Assembly (NCBI RefSeq): GCF_009914755.1
Contig: NC_060932.1
Strand: one strand, 5' to 3'
From: the human T2T-CHM13v2.0 reference genome, Homo sapiens
DNA length: 64,000 bases
This document shows, one piece after another, positions 27,134-39,912 of the stretch; within the stretch, counting starts at the first letter, position 1, and every line of letters starts with the position of its first letter. The position numbers and the translations under genes are program-made. Under the pieces are notes generated by a model. The model ran no database searches, had not been told where the DNA came from, and worked only from the letters and a program-made list of their open reading frames with translations.

Positions 27134-27242
27134 GTAGGTTTGTTTGGAATTTGGTTGAGGGGAGGGGGTGGAAAAGATTCCCTCCTCTTGGAATCAAGTG
27201 CTTAACATTGAGGTGAAATCCTTTAAAAAACTTTATAAGGTT

Positions 27243-27560
27243 GCCGGGCGCTTTGGCTCACGCCTGTAGTCCCAGCACTTTGGGAGGCTGAGGCCAGTGG
27301 ATCACCTGAGGTCAGGCCTTCGAGACCAGGCTGGCCAACATGGCAAAACCCCATCTCCACTAAAAATACAAAAAAAAAAAAATTAGCTGGGCATGGTGGC
27401 GGGCACCTATAATCTCAGGTACTTGGGAGGCTGAGGCAGGAGAATTGCTTGAACCCAGGAGGCGGACATTGCAGCGAGCGGAGATCGTGCCATTGCCCTC
27501 CGGCCTGGGCAACAGAGCAAGACTCTGTCTCAAAAAAAGAAAAACAAACAAACAAAAAAA
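27243..27560 (+). mobile_element. AluS in intron 1
   Basis: Full dimer; TSD aaaaaactttataa(g/a)gtt. Confidence 0.95.
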
Positions 27561-28000
27561 CTTTATAAAGTTGCATTTACTTTCAAGAAAAACACGTTTC
27601 TTTTAATGATTTGGTTTGTGTCCTCTTTACTCCCAAATCTAGTTTTATTTTAATACTAAGAATCATATTTTTTTTTAAGTCAAACCATTTAATGTGTTTC
27701 AAAACTATAAATGAGTAACTGCTGAAGACATGAGTGTGGAGTTTCTGGCTGGAACTTTTGGTTCTGAAAGTGGTGGACGGAAAAGCACCTTACGTGGACA
27801 ATGGTATATTCGCAGATGACTGTGGATAAGGTCTGACCCTGTGTTTCAGGACCACTTGCTGAGAAAGCCCTGAGGGATGATCTTATGGCAAGCTTAAAGT
27901 AGAAGTTCATGTTGTTTGTAGTAGCAGAGAGTGAAAATAAGTCTCAGAGAAGCTGCTTGTGGCATTACCCAATTCCTTTTTTCTTACTTGGCAAGAACAG

Positions 28001-28173
28001 GCCTCTAACCCGTATTTGCCCACAAGAGGAGGTACCACCATGGCATCAGGGGGCCGATTCCGCTGCCCATCCTGTAGACATGAAGTGGTTTTGGATAGAC
28101 ATGGGGTATATGGACTTCAGAGGAACCTGCTGGTGGAAAATATCATTGACATCTACAAGCAGGAGTCCACCAG
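28001..28173 (+). CDS. TRIM55: TRIM55 exon 2 (end of RING, MuRF-family conserved box)
   Basis: [57 protein letters not shown]; cag|G ... CAG|gtaac; 173 nt. Confidence 0.98.
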
Positions 28174-29450
28174 GTAACACTCTTCCACTCTTCCATGTGT
28201 CAAGCCCATCTGAAACTTGTTTTTGTTTGTTTGTTTTAATGGGTTGCTACGCTGAATGCTTGTTTATCAATCACAGACTGTTTTATGGAAAAATGGTTTT
28301 CCAAGTCAGTCCTTCCCAGTGAGACTGAGAGTTGCTCACAGCAGGAGAGAGGGGAGTTGGTGCCCATGCTTTTGTATCAATTTAAGAATGAAGTGACTCA
28401 TTAACACCAATCCATTCCAGATGGTGATGCTGAAAGAGACATACTGCTGTCCCCCTCCACCTTAAAGCCTGGTATTACATCCATTTTACACATTTTGCAC
28501 TTCACAGGCACTTTGTAGCTCCAGATCCCTACAAAGCAAAGAAAAAAAAATCTAGTAAATACTTAATAGAAAATTAATAGAAATGGCATCTTCCGAAGTA
28601 GCCCAGTTCCTAGTTCAGACAGTCTTGCCTTAAAATTGTTTGGATGATAATAAAAACAAAATCCTCTAACATAGGTTGTCACTGTATTTACTCTAAGGGA
28701 AGTCACAAAGCAAGGCAAAACCCTGGCCTTTAGGGACTTAAACTTCAGAGCCATGAGGAAAAAAAAGGGTGAAATTCAGGTTATGTTTCCCTATTCCTTA
28801 TACTGTATTTACTGCATAGTCAGCATTCACTTGTTGATTGTGAATAACATCGTGATAGCATTATATATCTATCCATTCATTTTTAAAAAATAACAAAAAA
28901 GGCTTCTTATTCACCAAACCACATTGGCTATAGAATTCCTTTCCTAGACACAATGCTGCGGGAAGCTTATTCCTAGAAGGCACGGTGTGAAGAGCCCCTT
29001 TTCAATTGTGTGCAGGTCAGTCCAGTCCACAAAGCTTGATAGCAATATTGAGACCATCTAGAAATGGCCTCATTGTGATTCCATTAGGGGACACGTATTT
29101 ATGGAACATCTGCAGAGCTCTAAGAGGCTTGTGCTCTTGGAAGGAAAGCTGTTCTATAAATCTAACATAATTATTATAATTATTATAGCTATTAATTTCC
29201 GCTAAAGATCCAAAACTAAATTAGACAGTACCAGGATCTAGATGGGTTTGGGGAAGAATTGCTGATGACATATTGCAGAGATTGCAGCTGGCTGTTTCCC
29301 TTGCTTCCAAAGTCTCTTGACAAGAACAAAAGTACTATTGCTGTTGCTGTTACTTTACAGATTTGATCTCATTGTATTTCACTACTTTAAAATACAAATA
29401 CACACTTGTCTCTTAAAAACTTAACCAGCCAATTAAAAACCAATTAATTA

Positions 29451-29530
29451 TGAGATTGATGCAAAAGTAATTGCGATTTTTGCAATTACTTTTCATGGCC
29501 AAAACAGCAATTACTTTGCCACCAACCTAA
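29451..29530. mobile_element. MADE1 mariner MITE
   Basis: 80-bp element with long inverted repeats (gcaaaagtaattgc...gcaattactttgccaccaacctaa), flanked by TA on both sides. Confidence 0.9.
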
Positions 29531-29547
29531 TATTAAGAGAGTTTATA

Positions 29548-29726
29548 TAACAAGAGTTTCAGTGCTAGTCCAGTGTCTTGCACAGAATAGTTGCTCCATA
29601 AATCCCAGCTGATTAAGCAATACCACAAATATTCTTACGTAACAAGTTTCAGAGCTAGTACAGTGCTTTGCACAGAATAGTTGCCCCATAAATCCCAGCT
29701 GATTAAGCAACACCACAAATATTCTT
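29548..29726 (+). repeat. Two-copy tandem duplication, period about 90 bp
   Basis: taacaag...gcacagaatagttgc(t/c)ccataaatcccagctgattaagcaa(t/c)accacaaatattctt occurs twice. Confidence 0.95.
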
Positions 29727-30334
29727 TCATGTTCTATTTATTGCAATAAATTTATGTTTTGTTACTTGTCACAGTGGGAACTTGAGACATGAAAAAATAG
29801 CAATACTTGTTATGAAATCCAGAGAAGAGATGTTAAAACTTGCAGTATTGGTAAAACTACAAAACACATCTTCACCTTAGCTATGAAGTTGGCTTGGTGC
29901 AGCTGCCAAAAATAGTACCCAGGCCTGGGAAGTAAATTGCGTAAAAGCAATGAACCAAATTTCCAACAATAAAGCTCATAGTTGAGTGAACTAGGGATGC
30001 TTTTGTGATTTTCTGTGATTTTGTTATGCTGTTTTTTCTTGAACTTGAGACTTTCCTGTGGGACAATTTTACTTGGTAGCAAAACCACAAGTTGCACAGA
30101 GCACTTGGCCACATGTCTGGGAGGAAACGCAGTTGTCCCCTGGGGGCAGACAGCCTTACTAGACCAGAATCTTGAGCCTCAGGGTACATTAGGTAACACT
30201 GGAATGACCTTGGATATACAGAATGAAAAGAGTTCAGCTGTGGCTATTGGAAGGGGGTCGGGGGGGGTGACCAATCACAGACTGGGATGTTGTCAGTCAA
30301 CTCTGACCTCCTCCAGAAAGGCTGGAGACTGTAA

Positions 30335-30657
<323 letters not shown>

Positions 30658-31865
30658 AAAACTTGGCATTCTTATCCAGAATTCTGCATGGTGCCAGACT
30701 AGCCACAGTTGGGAGTGGGAGATGGTAAGAGAAGGTACTATTTTGGCTAATATTAATAATTAATATAATAATAATTAACTTTAAAATATAACAAGTAAAA
30801 CTACTATGTGCTGCATGCCAGACACTGTTCAGGGTGCCTAACACATGAATCATGTGCAATTCTTTAATTCTCACAATAATCCGGTGAGGTGTTGATTATT
30901 ATAATTACTGCTACCCTATTAAAGCTTTTAGTGCCTTAAAGTAATCAACATACACAACTTTTAGAATTCATTACTACTGGGCCTCTGAAGAGAAATGCAG
31001 TCTCCACTCTGTTCTCTCTTTACCCACCCCCAAGCCTCATTCCCCAGAGTCAACCACTTTTAATTCTTTTAGCTGTTTTTCTGCTATTTATCACCAATGA
31101 CATGTGCATACTACTGGTATGCTCCTATTCTTTGATTTTTCAATTTTAGACATTTTCTATTGACTTTCCACTGTAGACAATTAGGACTGAGCCCTCACAT
31201 GGCTGGGCTTTACCTCTACTTGGGAATTCTTTTACTCTCCCCCTGGGTTGAACCCCTTGCTCCCTGGATTCCAGGTCTCCTTGTTTGGTGGCTTACTCTC
31301 TTATTTCTATGGAGCACATCCTCAAGTAATCTCTTAAAACATGCACAAAGTCCTCCTCTTTTCAGCCTCTCCCAGTCTGTCACCGCCTACTTCCACCTTC
31401 AGGACTACTGGCTCCTGCAGTTCCAGAGCCTTTCCAGGGTTCCATAGCTCAAGTCAGCTTGCTTATTGTAAGCTTCTCACTGCAGGAATGTAACAGAACT
31501 AAGATGCAACTCAAGTAGGTCATGTCCCTTCATCCAGATGTTCCTAATTTCCAACATTTGGTTGACATCTCTCATCTGCTGTCATCTGTGCTCACTTTTT
31601 GTCCTTATTGATTTATGCCCTTTTATTTCCTTATCCTCATTTCACTGGGATTTCAGCAGAATAAATACATAAATACATACATACATATATAAATACATAA
31701 ATAAATACATGCTTGTGTTCATTCTGCCACATTTAATTAGAAGACCCTTAATCTGATATTTGATACGAGTAAAAACTGAGACCAGAAGAGGTTAAGTAAC
31801 TTGTCTAAGGCCACATAGCCACTACATGGAGAAGCTGAGCTGAAATGAAGCTTTAAGATCAGTTT

Positions 31866-32157
31866 GGGCAGGCACAGTGGCTCACGCCTATAATCCCAGC
31901 ACTTTGGGAGGCTGAGGTGGACAGATCACCTGAGGTCAGGAGTTTGAGACCAGCCTGACCAACATGGTGAAACTCCATCTGTACTAAAAATACAAAAAAA
32001 TTAGCCAGGTGTGGTGGCAGGCACCTGTAATCCCAGCAACTTGGGAGACTGAGGCAAGAGAAATGCTTGAACCCGGGAAGGTGGAGGTTGCGGTGAGCTG
32101 AGATTGAGCCATTGCACTCCAGCCTGGGCGACAAGCAAAACTCCATCTCAAAAAAAA
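31866..32157 (+). mobile_element. AluS inserted in a MIR
   Basis: Full dimer; TSD atcagttt. Confidence 0.93.
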
Positions 32158-34686
32158 TATCAGTTTGACTACAAAGTTACTACTTCAATTGCCTCACCAA
32201 GACCAGATGCCCACTCCTCAGGAAACTCTAGGGTGGCCCCGGGAACCTCAGAGACCAGAGACAGCAGGCTACATACTTCTCAGTCTAGCCTACACTGAAC
32301 GGTGAGGGGCCACAGCCAACATTTAGCACTGGGCCCTGACCACAGCTGTGAGCTTGGCTGCTCTCACCTCATAAACATGTATTTATGTCATTCTTTTACA
32401 TGCCAAATCGGTCCCAAGTCAGTTACATGTTTGAAGTTGTACAGAGGTTTCATTATATGCTCATCTATGAGTAAGTGGTGCCTCTGGGGCTGGGCTACAA
32501 CCTAAATAAGAAAAACCCAATGAGGAATATGGGAAATTGTTCTCAGTGTATACAGCACCATGAAAAAAATAAATAAATTGAATCACAAACAAAACTAAAT
32601 GTAGAGCCTTATGGCTGTTTTCACATTTTCAATATTTGCATATACTGCATAGACCTGTGCTCTATGACGCAATCTCTGGTCACAGCTGTTGATATCAGAA
32701 CAGCATGTGGGACCCAAGCTGCCCACTCTTGCTTAGCCCACATTAATAATAAGGTGGAGATACCTACGAGGGAAGGGTTTAGAGGGGAAGAAGCCTTTGA
32801 CCAGGCAGAGACCAACTTGCCAGTCCCAACCCCAGAGGGCACTGTCATTTATTAAAGGAGTAATCAGGATGTGGTCTGGTCTCTTCCTCTGCCACTCAGG
32901 AGTGCCAGGTGATCCCAGGCTTTCCCCATATTTGCCATGCCTTCTCCAGCTGGGTGGTGTTACACTAGAGCACAGGGAATACTGTCCATTTAATAGGTCA
33001 AATTCCCTTTCATTGTCTCACTCATTTGTGCAACAAATATTTATGGAGCCACTGCCTCTGTGCAAGGCACTGTTCCGAGTACTGGAGATGCAGCAAAAAA
33101 AAAAAAAGACTCATCATGGCCCCTGCCCTTATGGAGCTGATATTCTAGTGGAGGAAACAGACAGACCTGAGAGGAGGATAATTTTCTCAATTGTGGAGTT
33201 GACTTCCTTATTTGAGTTCCAAATAATGTGGTCAAATCAGAAGGTCATAGACTTCATGGAAAGCATATTGCTGCAAGACCAGACAGAAATTCCTTTTGCA
33301 ACAGTCAGATTCTAAAATTTTGAAACTGGAAGTCCGTGCAATTTTCTTACAAGACCCAGGGCTTCTCCCAATGTTTAGCCTAATCTCAAGTAATTGACGT
33401 CCACCTAGCAACTTATAAAGGAACATTAGCGTCTTACAGAGGCACATCAGCACGTTCTCTGCCTTTCTCTGAGTTCTGGGTCTGCAGCTACAAGATACCA
33501 CACATCAAAAAAGATGGGTTTCAAACACTTGTATTCATGATTTACAGTAGGAAGTGCATTTTACATTGTGACCACTTACATATATGGACGGATATATATA
33601 CACACACATATGTATATACACACATACACAAACACACACACACACACAAACACACATATACTTTTGTTTCAGTCACATATATACACACGTACACCTGAAA
33701 CAAAAGTTTCGAACAGCAATACTTATTTTTACTACATGTAATTCACAGTATTTGCTATTCCATTCTATTTTTATTTTAACAATGCAGATCATAGCTCCCT
33801 AAATTGATTTCATGGCTCATAAAAACCTGTAGTTTTTAAAAATTGGATCTGTATAGCAACAAAACAAAATGTAGTCCCAAATCTAAGATGTTGCTAAATA
33901 ACTATGTGTTTGGAAATTTGAAGAAAGCTTCTGGATTTGGATTTGAATTTTTTGAATACTTCTGAAAACTATTAGCAGCCTCAGTCATTAGATAGGATAT
34001 ATCAGAATTCCTGGGGTTTATATAAGGAGGTACACCCACACTTGCGTCTCATACACATTTGCATCCAACCAGTACTTGAATTAATAATCAGAAGATTTTG
34101 GTTCCATGTGAGCCACACCTATCCTCATTTCTTCAGGTGAAAAGGGTCTTTCCTGGGGCCAGAGGCTGGAGGGGGGCGATCTAGCTACTCCTAAAAGCTG
34201 GTGCAAACTCGACTTTTAGTTCATCAACAATTTCCTGTTCTTGGTCCATAATGGGAAAGTGTCCCTTGAGAAACTTGTGAGCATGTAGACACAGTGCTGG
34301 ACCACGTTCCTGATGGCTCACCAGGGTTCGATATTCTACTTTCAGGAATTTCACTACCAGATTCTGAAACCTTAAATAACTTAAAATTGGCCATGTGGAA
34401 ATACACCATGGAAATGGGCAAATGGTACAAATCAGGATCTCCACGTCTCTGTCCCTACCCCAAGCAGGTTGTTAGAGATTTGCCAGCACTCCCCTGCTAC
34501 ACCTGCAGGGAAGCTGAATTTGGTGGGCTCTGAGCATGTGAAAGGGCCCCTGGGGGTCTTCTGGAATAGAATTGCTGGGCATACAGGGAAGAGAAGGAAT
34601 TTGCAAGGCAGAGCAACATCAGCTCTGCCTTGATGAGATTGCCCCAGTGAGAGCTGATGGACATTTATCTGCCTACCTCCTCCCAG

Positions 34687-34852
34687 GCCAGAAAAGAAAT
34701 CCGACCAGCCCATGTGCGAGGAACATGAAGAGGAGCGCATCAACATCTACTGTCTGAACTGCGAAGTACCCACCTGCTCTCTGTGCAAGGTGTTTGGTGC
34801 ACACAAAGACTGCCAGGTGGCTCCCCTCACTCATGTGTTCCAGAGACAGAAG
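34687..34852 (+). CDS. TRIM55: TRIM55 exon 3 (B-box 2)
   Basis: [55 protein letters not shown]; cccag|G ... AAG|gtaac; 166 nt. Confidence 0.98.
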
Positions 34853-36791
34853 GTAACAGAGCTGCTCCCTCCCTCCCGCAACCCCTCCCCATCCCCACAC
34901 CTTAGGGCCTTCCTGGGGCCAGTGTGAGTGGCTCCCTGCGGTGGAGGAGGAAGCCCAAGCCACGCAGGGCCATGGGACACTGGAGGGCACACAAGGTCTG
35001 CAGGAAGACATGTGCACAGTTGTGCACGAGGCACACACCAAATTCCCTGGACGGTGGGGGACCAGGCGAGACAGGGCAGGGGTGCCCAGGTTCAGGAAGT
35101 GGTGCAGAACGGCACGATCCCTGTTTTTGTGCCCTTTGGAGGTTGCTGATGATGAGCAATGTTAGGGGACCCAGCAAAAGCTCAAACTGCTCCAGCTTAT
35201 GTGAAGTTTAGACTACAGATAAGAAAAGGACAGCTTTTTACCCTAGTCACAGAATACTTTCCTTCATCCACCCATGAAAGATTTCTTTGGCCCTCCTCAA
35301 TGCCTTTTATCCCGCACTCTTAGTGAGGGAGGGTTACACTGATGACATGCAGTTACAGAACAGCTTTAAAACACAGACTTGTGCTGGCCCTCCTGTCACC
35401 AGGGCCAGTTGCCTAAAAACCCCTCTGAGTGTGGTGTCTCCCCCTGACCCCAGGGCCTCAGCCATGGCCCCCTAATTCTGAGCAGACAGAAAGACAGTGT
35501 CTCCCTCTACACATTACCAACCTGCCAACCTGGTTTCATTCATGAGCAGGTCAGAATTTATCCATCTGGTACAGATAAAAGTGGAGTTGGGTACTCCAAT
35601 AGGTGCAGCCACTCCAGGCACCGAGAACTTGAGCAGTTCCACTACTCAGTTTCTTTCATTTAGAATCATCAGTTCCACATTTGATCAGTGTTTTACTGTG
35701 AAGATCAGTGCTGAAATCAAATTTGGAAGCAAAACTCTTGGGCAACACCAATTACAGCTAGTGGCCACTAAGTCCTAAAGAAACAGATTTTGCAAATTAT
35801 CCACAACATTTGTTTATTTTTGAATCCAGTTACAATTTATTCCCCCTTCTCTTCTGCCCACCTCCCCCAAAGCATAGCATAATAGAACTGGATGGTAGCT
35901 GTTTCACACTCCTTCCTTCAGAGCCTGGAGACTCATGTGAGATGGACAGAAGAACAGACTGGTGGGACCCTCACCCTTGCTCCTGTTTGGCCAAAGCAGC
36001 TTCACCTCCATATTAGCTTTCACTTGAAGAAGGTTCTGCAGCTTTAAAATATTTTATAATCACTGTTCTGGTCCAATCTTCTCCTTCTAAATGTGAGAAA
36101 ATTAGGGTCAAAATTGAATATATGTTTTGCCCAACATCACAGAGAAGTTGGGGGTAGAGTTGGACCAAGCGCATGGGTCTCCCAAGTGCCCCTCCAGTGC
36201 TCCTGGTGGCTCCATCAGCCAGTCTTGGGAAGGGGGTAAATAGGAACAATAGAATCTCTTCCTAAGTCAAAAGAGCAAAGGAATTTAAAAGTTGACATTT
36301 CTCCCCTAGAACTAGTTCTTTGTTTCAGTGTGAAGTTTGTAATGACTTAGTCTAATGTGTGAGTGTTTGTGTCTGTATACACTATATTCTTATGCCCATA
36401 ATAAGTATTTGTTGAATAAATGAGTATTTACTATACACATTTCCCAAGTAAAATTGACCCTTAGTTCCACTAGGCAAATAATTCCATTTGGGTCCCTGAA
36501 GTCACATATTGGTCTCCATGCTATTTATAAACAATACTTAGAATTCTTTAGCTTGAACATGTTGATCTTAATATTAAGACTGATGAAAACTGTGAAACCT
36601 TTCCCTGCACAAATGGATTCATACACAAAGGTTTGCTTGCAATATCAGAAGGTCCACAGGCCTCCCTGTTAGTCCTTAGGGGTTGCATGGATCCTAAATT
36701 AAGAACCTGTAAAGACAATATTATGACCAATTCACAGTCGGGGTGGCTAGGAAACCCCTAAGATATTGGGTTCATGTTTTCTCTTCATTAG

Positions 36792-36887
36792 TCTGAGCTC
36801 AGTGATGGCATCGCCATCCTCGTGGGCAGCAACGATCGAGTCCAGGGAGTGATCAGCCAGCTGGAAGACACCTGCAAAACTATCGAG
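36792..36887 (+). CDS. TRIM55: TRIM55 exon 4 (start of coiled coil)
   Basis: [32 protein letters not shown]; tag|T ... GAG|gtgagt; 96 nt, phase 0-0. Confidence 0.97.
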
Positions 36888-38062
36888 GTGAGTCAGGTGA
36901 CTCCCACAGCGTCTCAACCAAGCCTGCAATGCCTGGGGGTTTATGACTTCCTTAGTGCCACACTAGACATCCCTATTCTGACCTTTCATTCTTTGCTTCT
37001 AGAATGGCCTCCTTCCTGATATGTCTCTGAAATATTCACCTCCTGCACAGAAAGAGACATTATCACATGAGTCACTGAGGCAGATGTTACCACAATTACT
37101 AGGGCTGTTGCTGTATGTGTTGTTCTTTCTTCCTTTTGAAAGATTAGCTACAAGAAAATTAAATCCCCCATCATGGAAATCAGTGTTGTTGCTATTACAG
37201 CAAACTTTCCTGGTGGAAATCCAAACTGTCTTAGGAAATGCTCATCGGTGCTTTAGACAGTCATAGGCAGGTTTGAGCTGCACTTCTCTGCTCTTACAGC
37301 AGTGCTGCGAAGTGGCCATAAGGAGGAGAAAGATCTGCCTAGCTGTAGTTAGAGAATGGCTCAGTGGCTGGGAGCTCATGGAGGCCAAGAGTTTGAGCTC
37401 ATTCATCTCCACTTGCCCTCTGCCTGGCCCAATGCCTGGCACATAATCAACACTGAAAAAAAAAAAAAAAAAAATCTTGCTGAATGAAGAGATGAGTGGC
37501 CGGTTGTTTAGCTCATATTTGAGCTTGCCGTATAATAAATAGAGCAAATCTACTTGTCCCTCAAGATCAAATATAAAGTATGTCATTACCGGAGGCCTTT
37601 AAAGTGTGGAAGCCTAAAGAGAGTTAGCTATGTGGCAGATATCTTTTCAGGAATTGAAAATTCACTGACTAGTTACATCCGTGCTGCTCTGGGGCAGGTG
37701 CAAGACACCTGGGTTCAAGTCCAGGCCCTGGCTCTGTAACTGGAGCAGTCCATTACAATCTCCCTGCTCTAAGATTTGGGGTCATTGTTTTTGTAGTTGG
37801 ACCTCTGTGCAGAGGGTGGAGGTATGATGCTGTTCAGTTCATGGCATATAGTTCTCATTGCTGTGTGCAAGCCTCTCTTGTTATCTATTTATTTCCCGTT
37901 ATCCTCATTTCCCACTCTTGTTCTCCTCCCCATAGATTGCCACTCTAACATGTTTGATGTTCTGTTTGTATTCTTATAAAATACGTATTGTGTTATATAC
38001 ATGTCTTTTAATTTTATAAATGGTACTATGTGGTATTTTTCATTCTGCTTCTTACTTTTTAA

Positions 38063-38384
<322 letters not shown>

Positions 38385-39580
38385 AGCATTATGTTTTTAA
38401 GATCCATTCGTGTTGCTACAAGGAGATTCAGTTTCTCAGTTTTCTCCTCTGTAAAAATGGGGCAATCATGGTACCTATCATATAGAGTTACTATGAATAA
38501 TTAAATAAGCAGAAGCAAAATGCTTAGCACAGTGCCTGGCATGTGGTGAGTGTTCAATAAATACTATTCTTATTATTTTATCATTAGAAAGGCAAGTTCT
38601 ATTCAAAGCTAAAGGCCATTTTCTAAATGAGGGCTTTAGGACATTAGCTATACTTATCTCATTTTAAATTTGCACACTATTAAAATCAATCTCGTTTCTT
38701 CTCCACACTCATATTCCTGAAAAGATCCATGATCAGTCTGGGATCCATTTATAGAAGGAAAGTTTTCTCTTGGTGAAGAGCCGAAAGAGATTAGGAAACA
38801 GACAGTACAAACTTTTTTCTTTGTACTTATTTACAGTAAAGGCAAAATACAATTTGGTCATAACACCGTGAATCAGCACTCCAGGGTAGTACCAAGCTGA
38901 GTCTTGAGTTTATAAATAGGAGCACGTTGCTTGTGGGTGAGCGAGGTAATCTCAGGGCTTTACCGGAGATGTCTGTTGGAAGGAACAGGCTTTCTGTCTG
39001 GGATGGAGAAGCTGGAGAATGCACAGGAGAAGAGTCCTGGGGGGTCCATCTGGGCCTTGAGCAATTTGATTCTTGAGCAAATGCAAATGATTAGGGCTCC
39101 CTTTAGCCAGCATCAGAGGACACTGAGTGGGCCGCAGAGATTTGACAACAGGTTTTCTTCATAGAAGCCGATCAGGGGCATGGTAGGAAGTGCTGTTTTT
39201 ATTCACCGAAATGACAAGAAGGAACAGGTTTGAAGTTAAATCAGCAGAAGGGATTAGTGCAGATGTCAGGAAGAACGTCCTGGCAGGGAAGGGCAGGATC
39301 ATTACCCCCATTCTTATTGGCAATACAATTCATTGAACATGACACACTTTTCTAATAAGCATTTTCACAGGTGGCTAGGGGAGGGTATGTAATCATTCCC
39401 TGCAGGACTTTATGATGAGGCTGCAAATTATCAGGAGTCTTAAAAGTCCATCCTTTTACCTGTTTATTTCATTTCTTTCATTTATTTCATACCTGTTTTT
39501 ATAAGATGAAAAAACATAGCAAATATACGTTCTTATTTATTGTTTAGGATGTATATTCATATATAACAGTACAGAAAGTA

Positions 39581-39912
39581 CAGTCATGCACCATGTAACA
39601 TTTTGGTCAATGATGAACTGCATATATGATGGAGGTCTCATAAGATTATAATATCATATTTTTACTGTACCTTTTCTATGTTTAGATATGCTTAGATGCA
39701 CAAATACCATGTATTACATTTTCCCATAGTATTCAGTACTGTAGCATGCTGTACAGGTTTGTGTCCTAGGAGCAATCGATTGTGCTATACAACCTAAGTG
39801 GGCAGTAGGCTCTGCCATGTAGGTTTGTGTAAGTACATTCTGTGATGCTCACACAATGGAACTGCCTAAGGATGCACTTCTCAGAACATACTAGTTAAGC
39901 AACCCGTGACTG
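39581..39912 (-). mobile_element. Tigger3 (Golem)-type MITE
   Basis: TIRs cagtcatgc...cgtgactg; internal ttctcagaacata. Confidence 0.8.

Noticed and set aside
32797-33315. 172-aa intronic ORF
   Set aside because: It has a non-ATG start, runs through L2-like sequence and an A tract, and shows no domain.
34853-35211. GC-rich region with many overlapping ORFs after exon 3, a possible retrocopy
   Set aside because: I could not recognise a parent gene, poly(A) tail or TSD. GC content explains the ORF density; a BLAST search would settle it.
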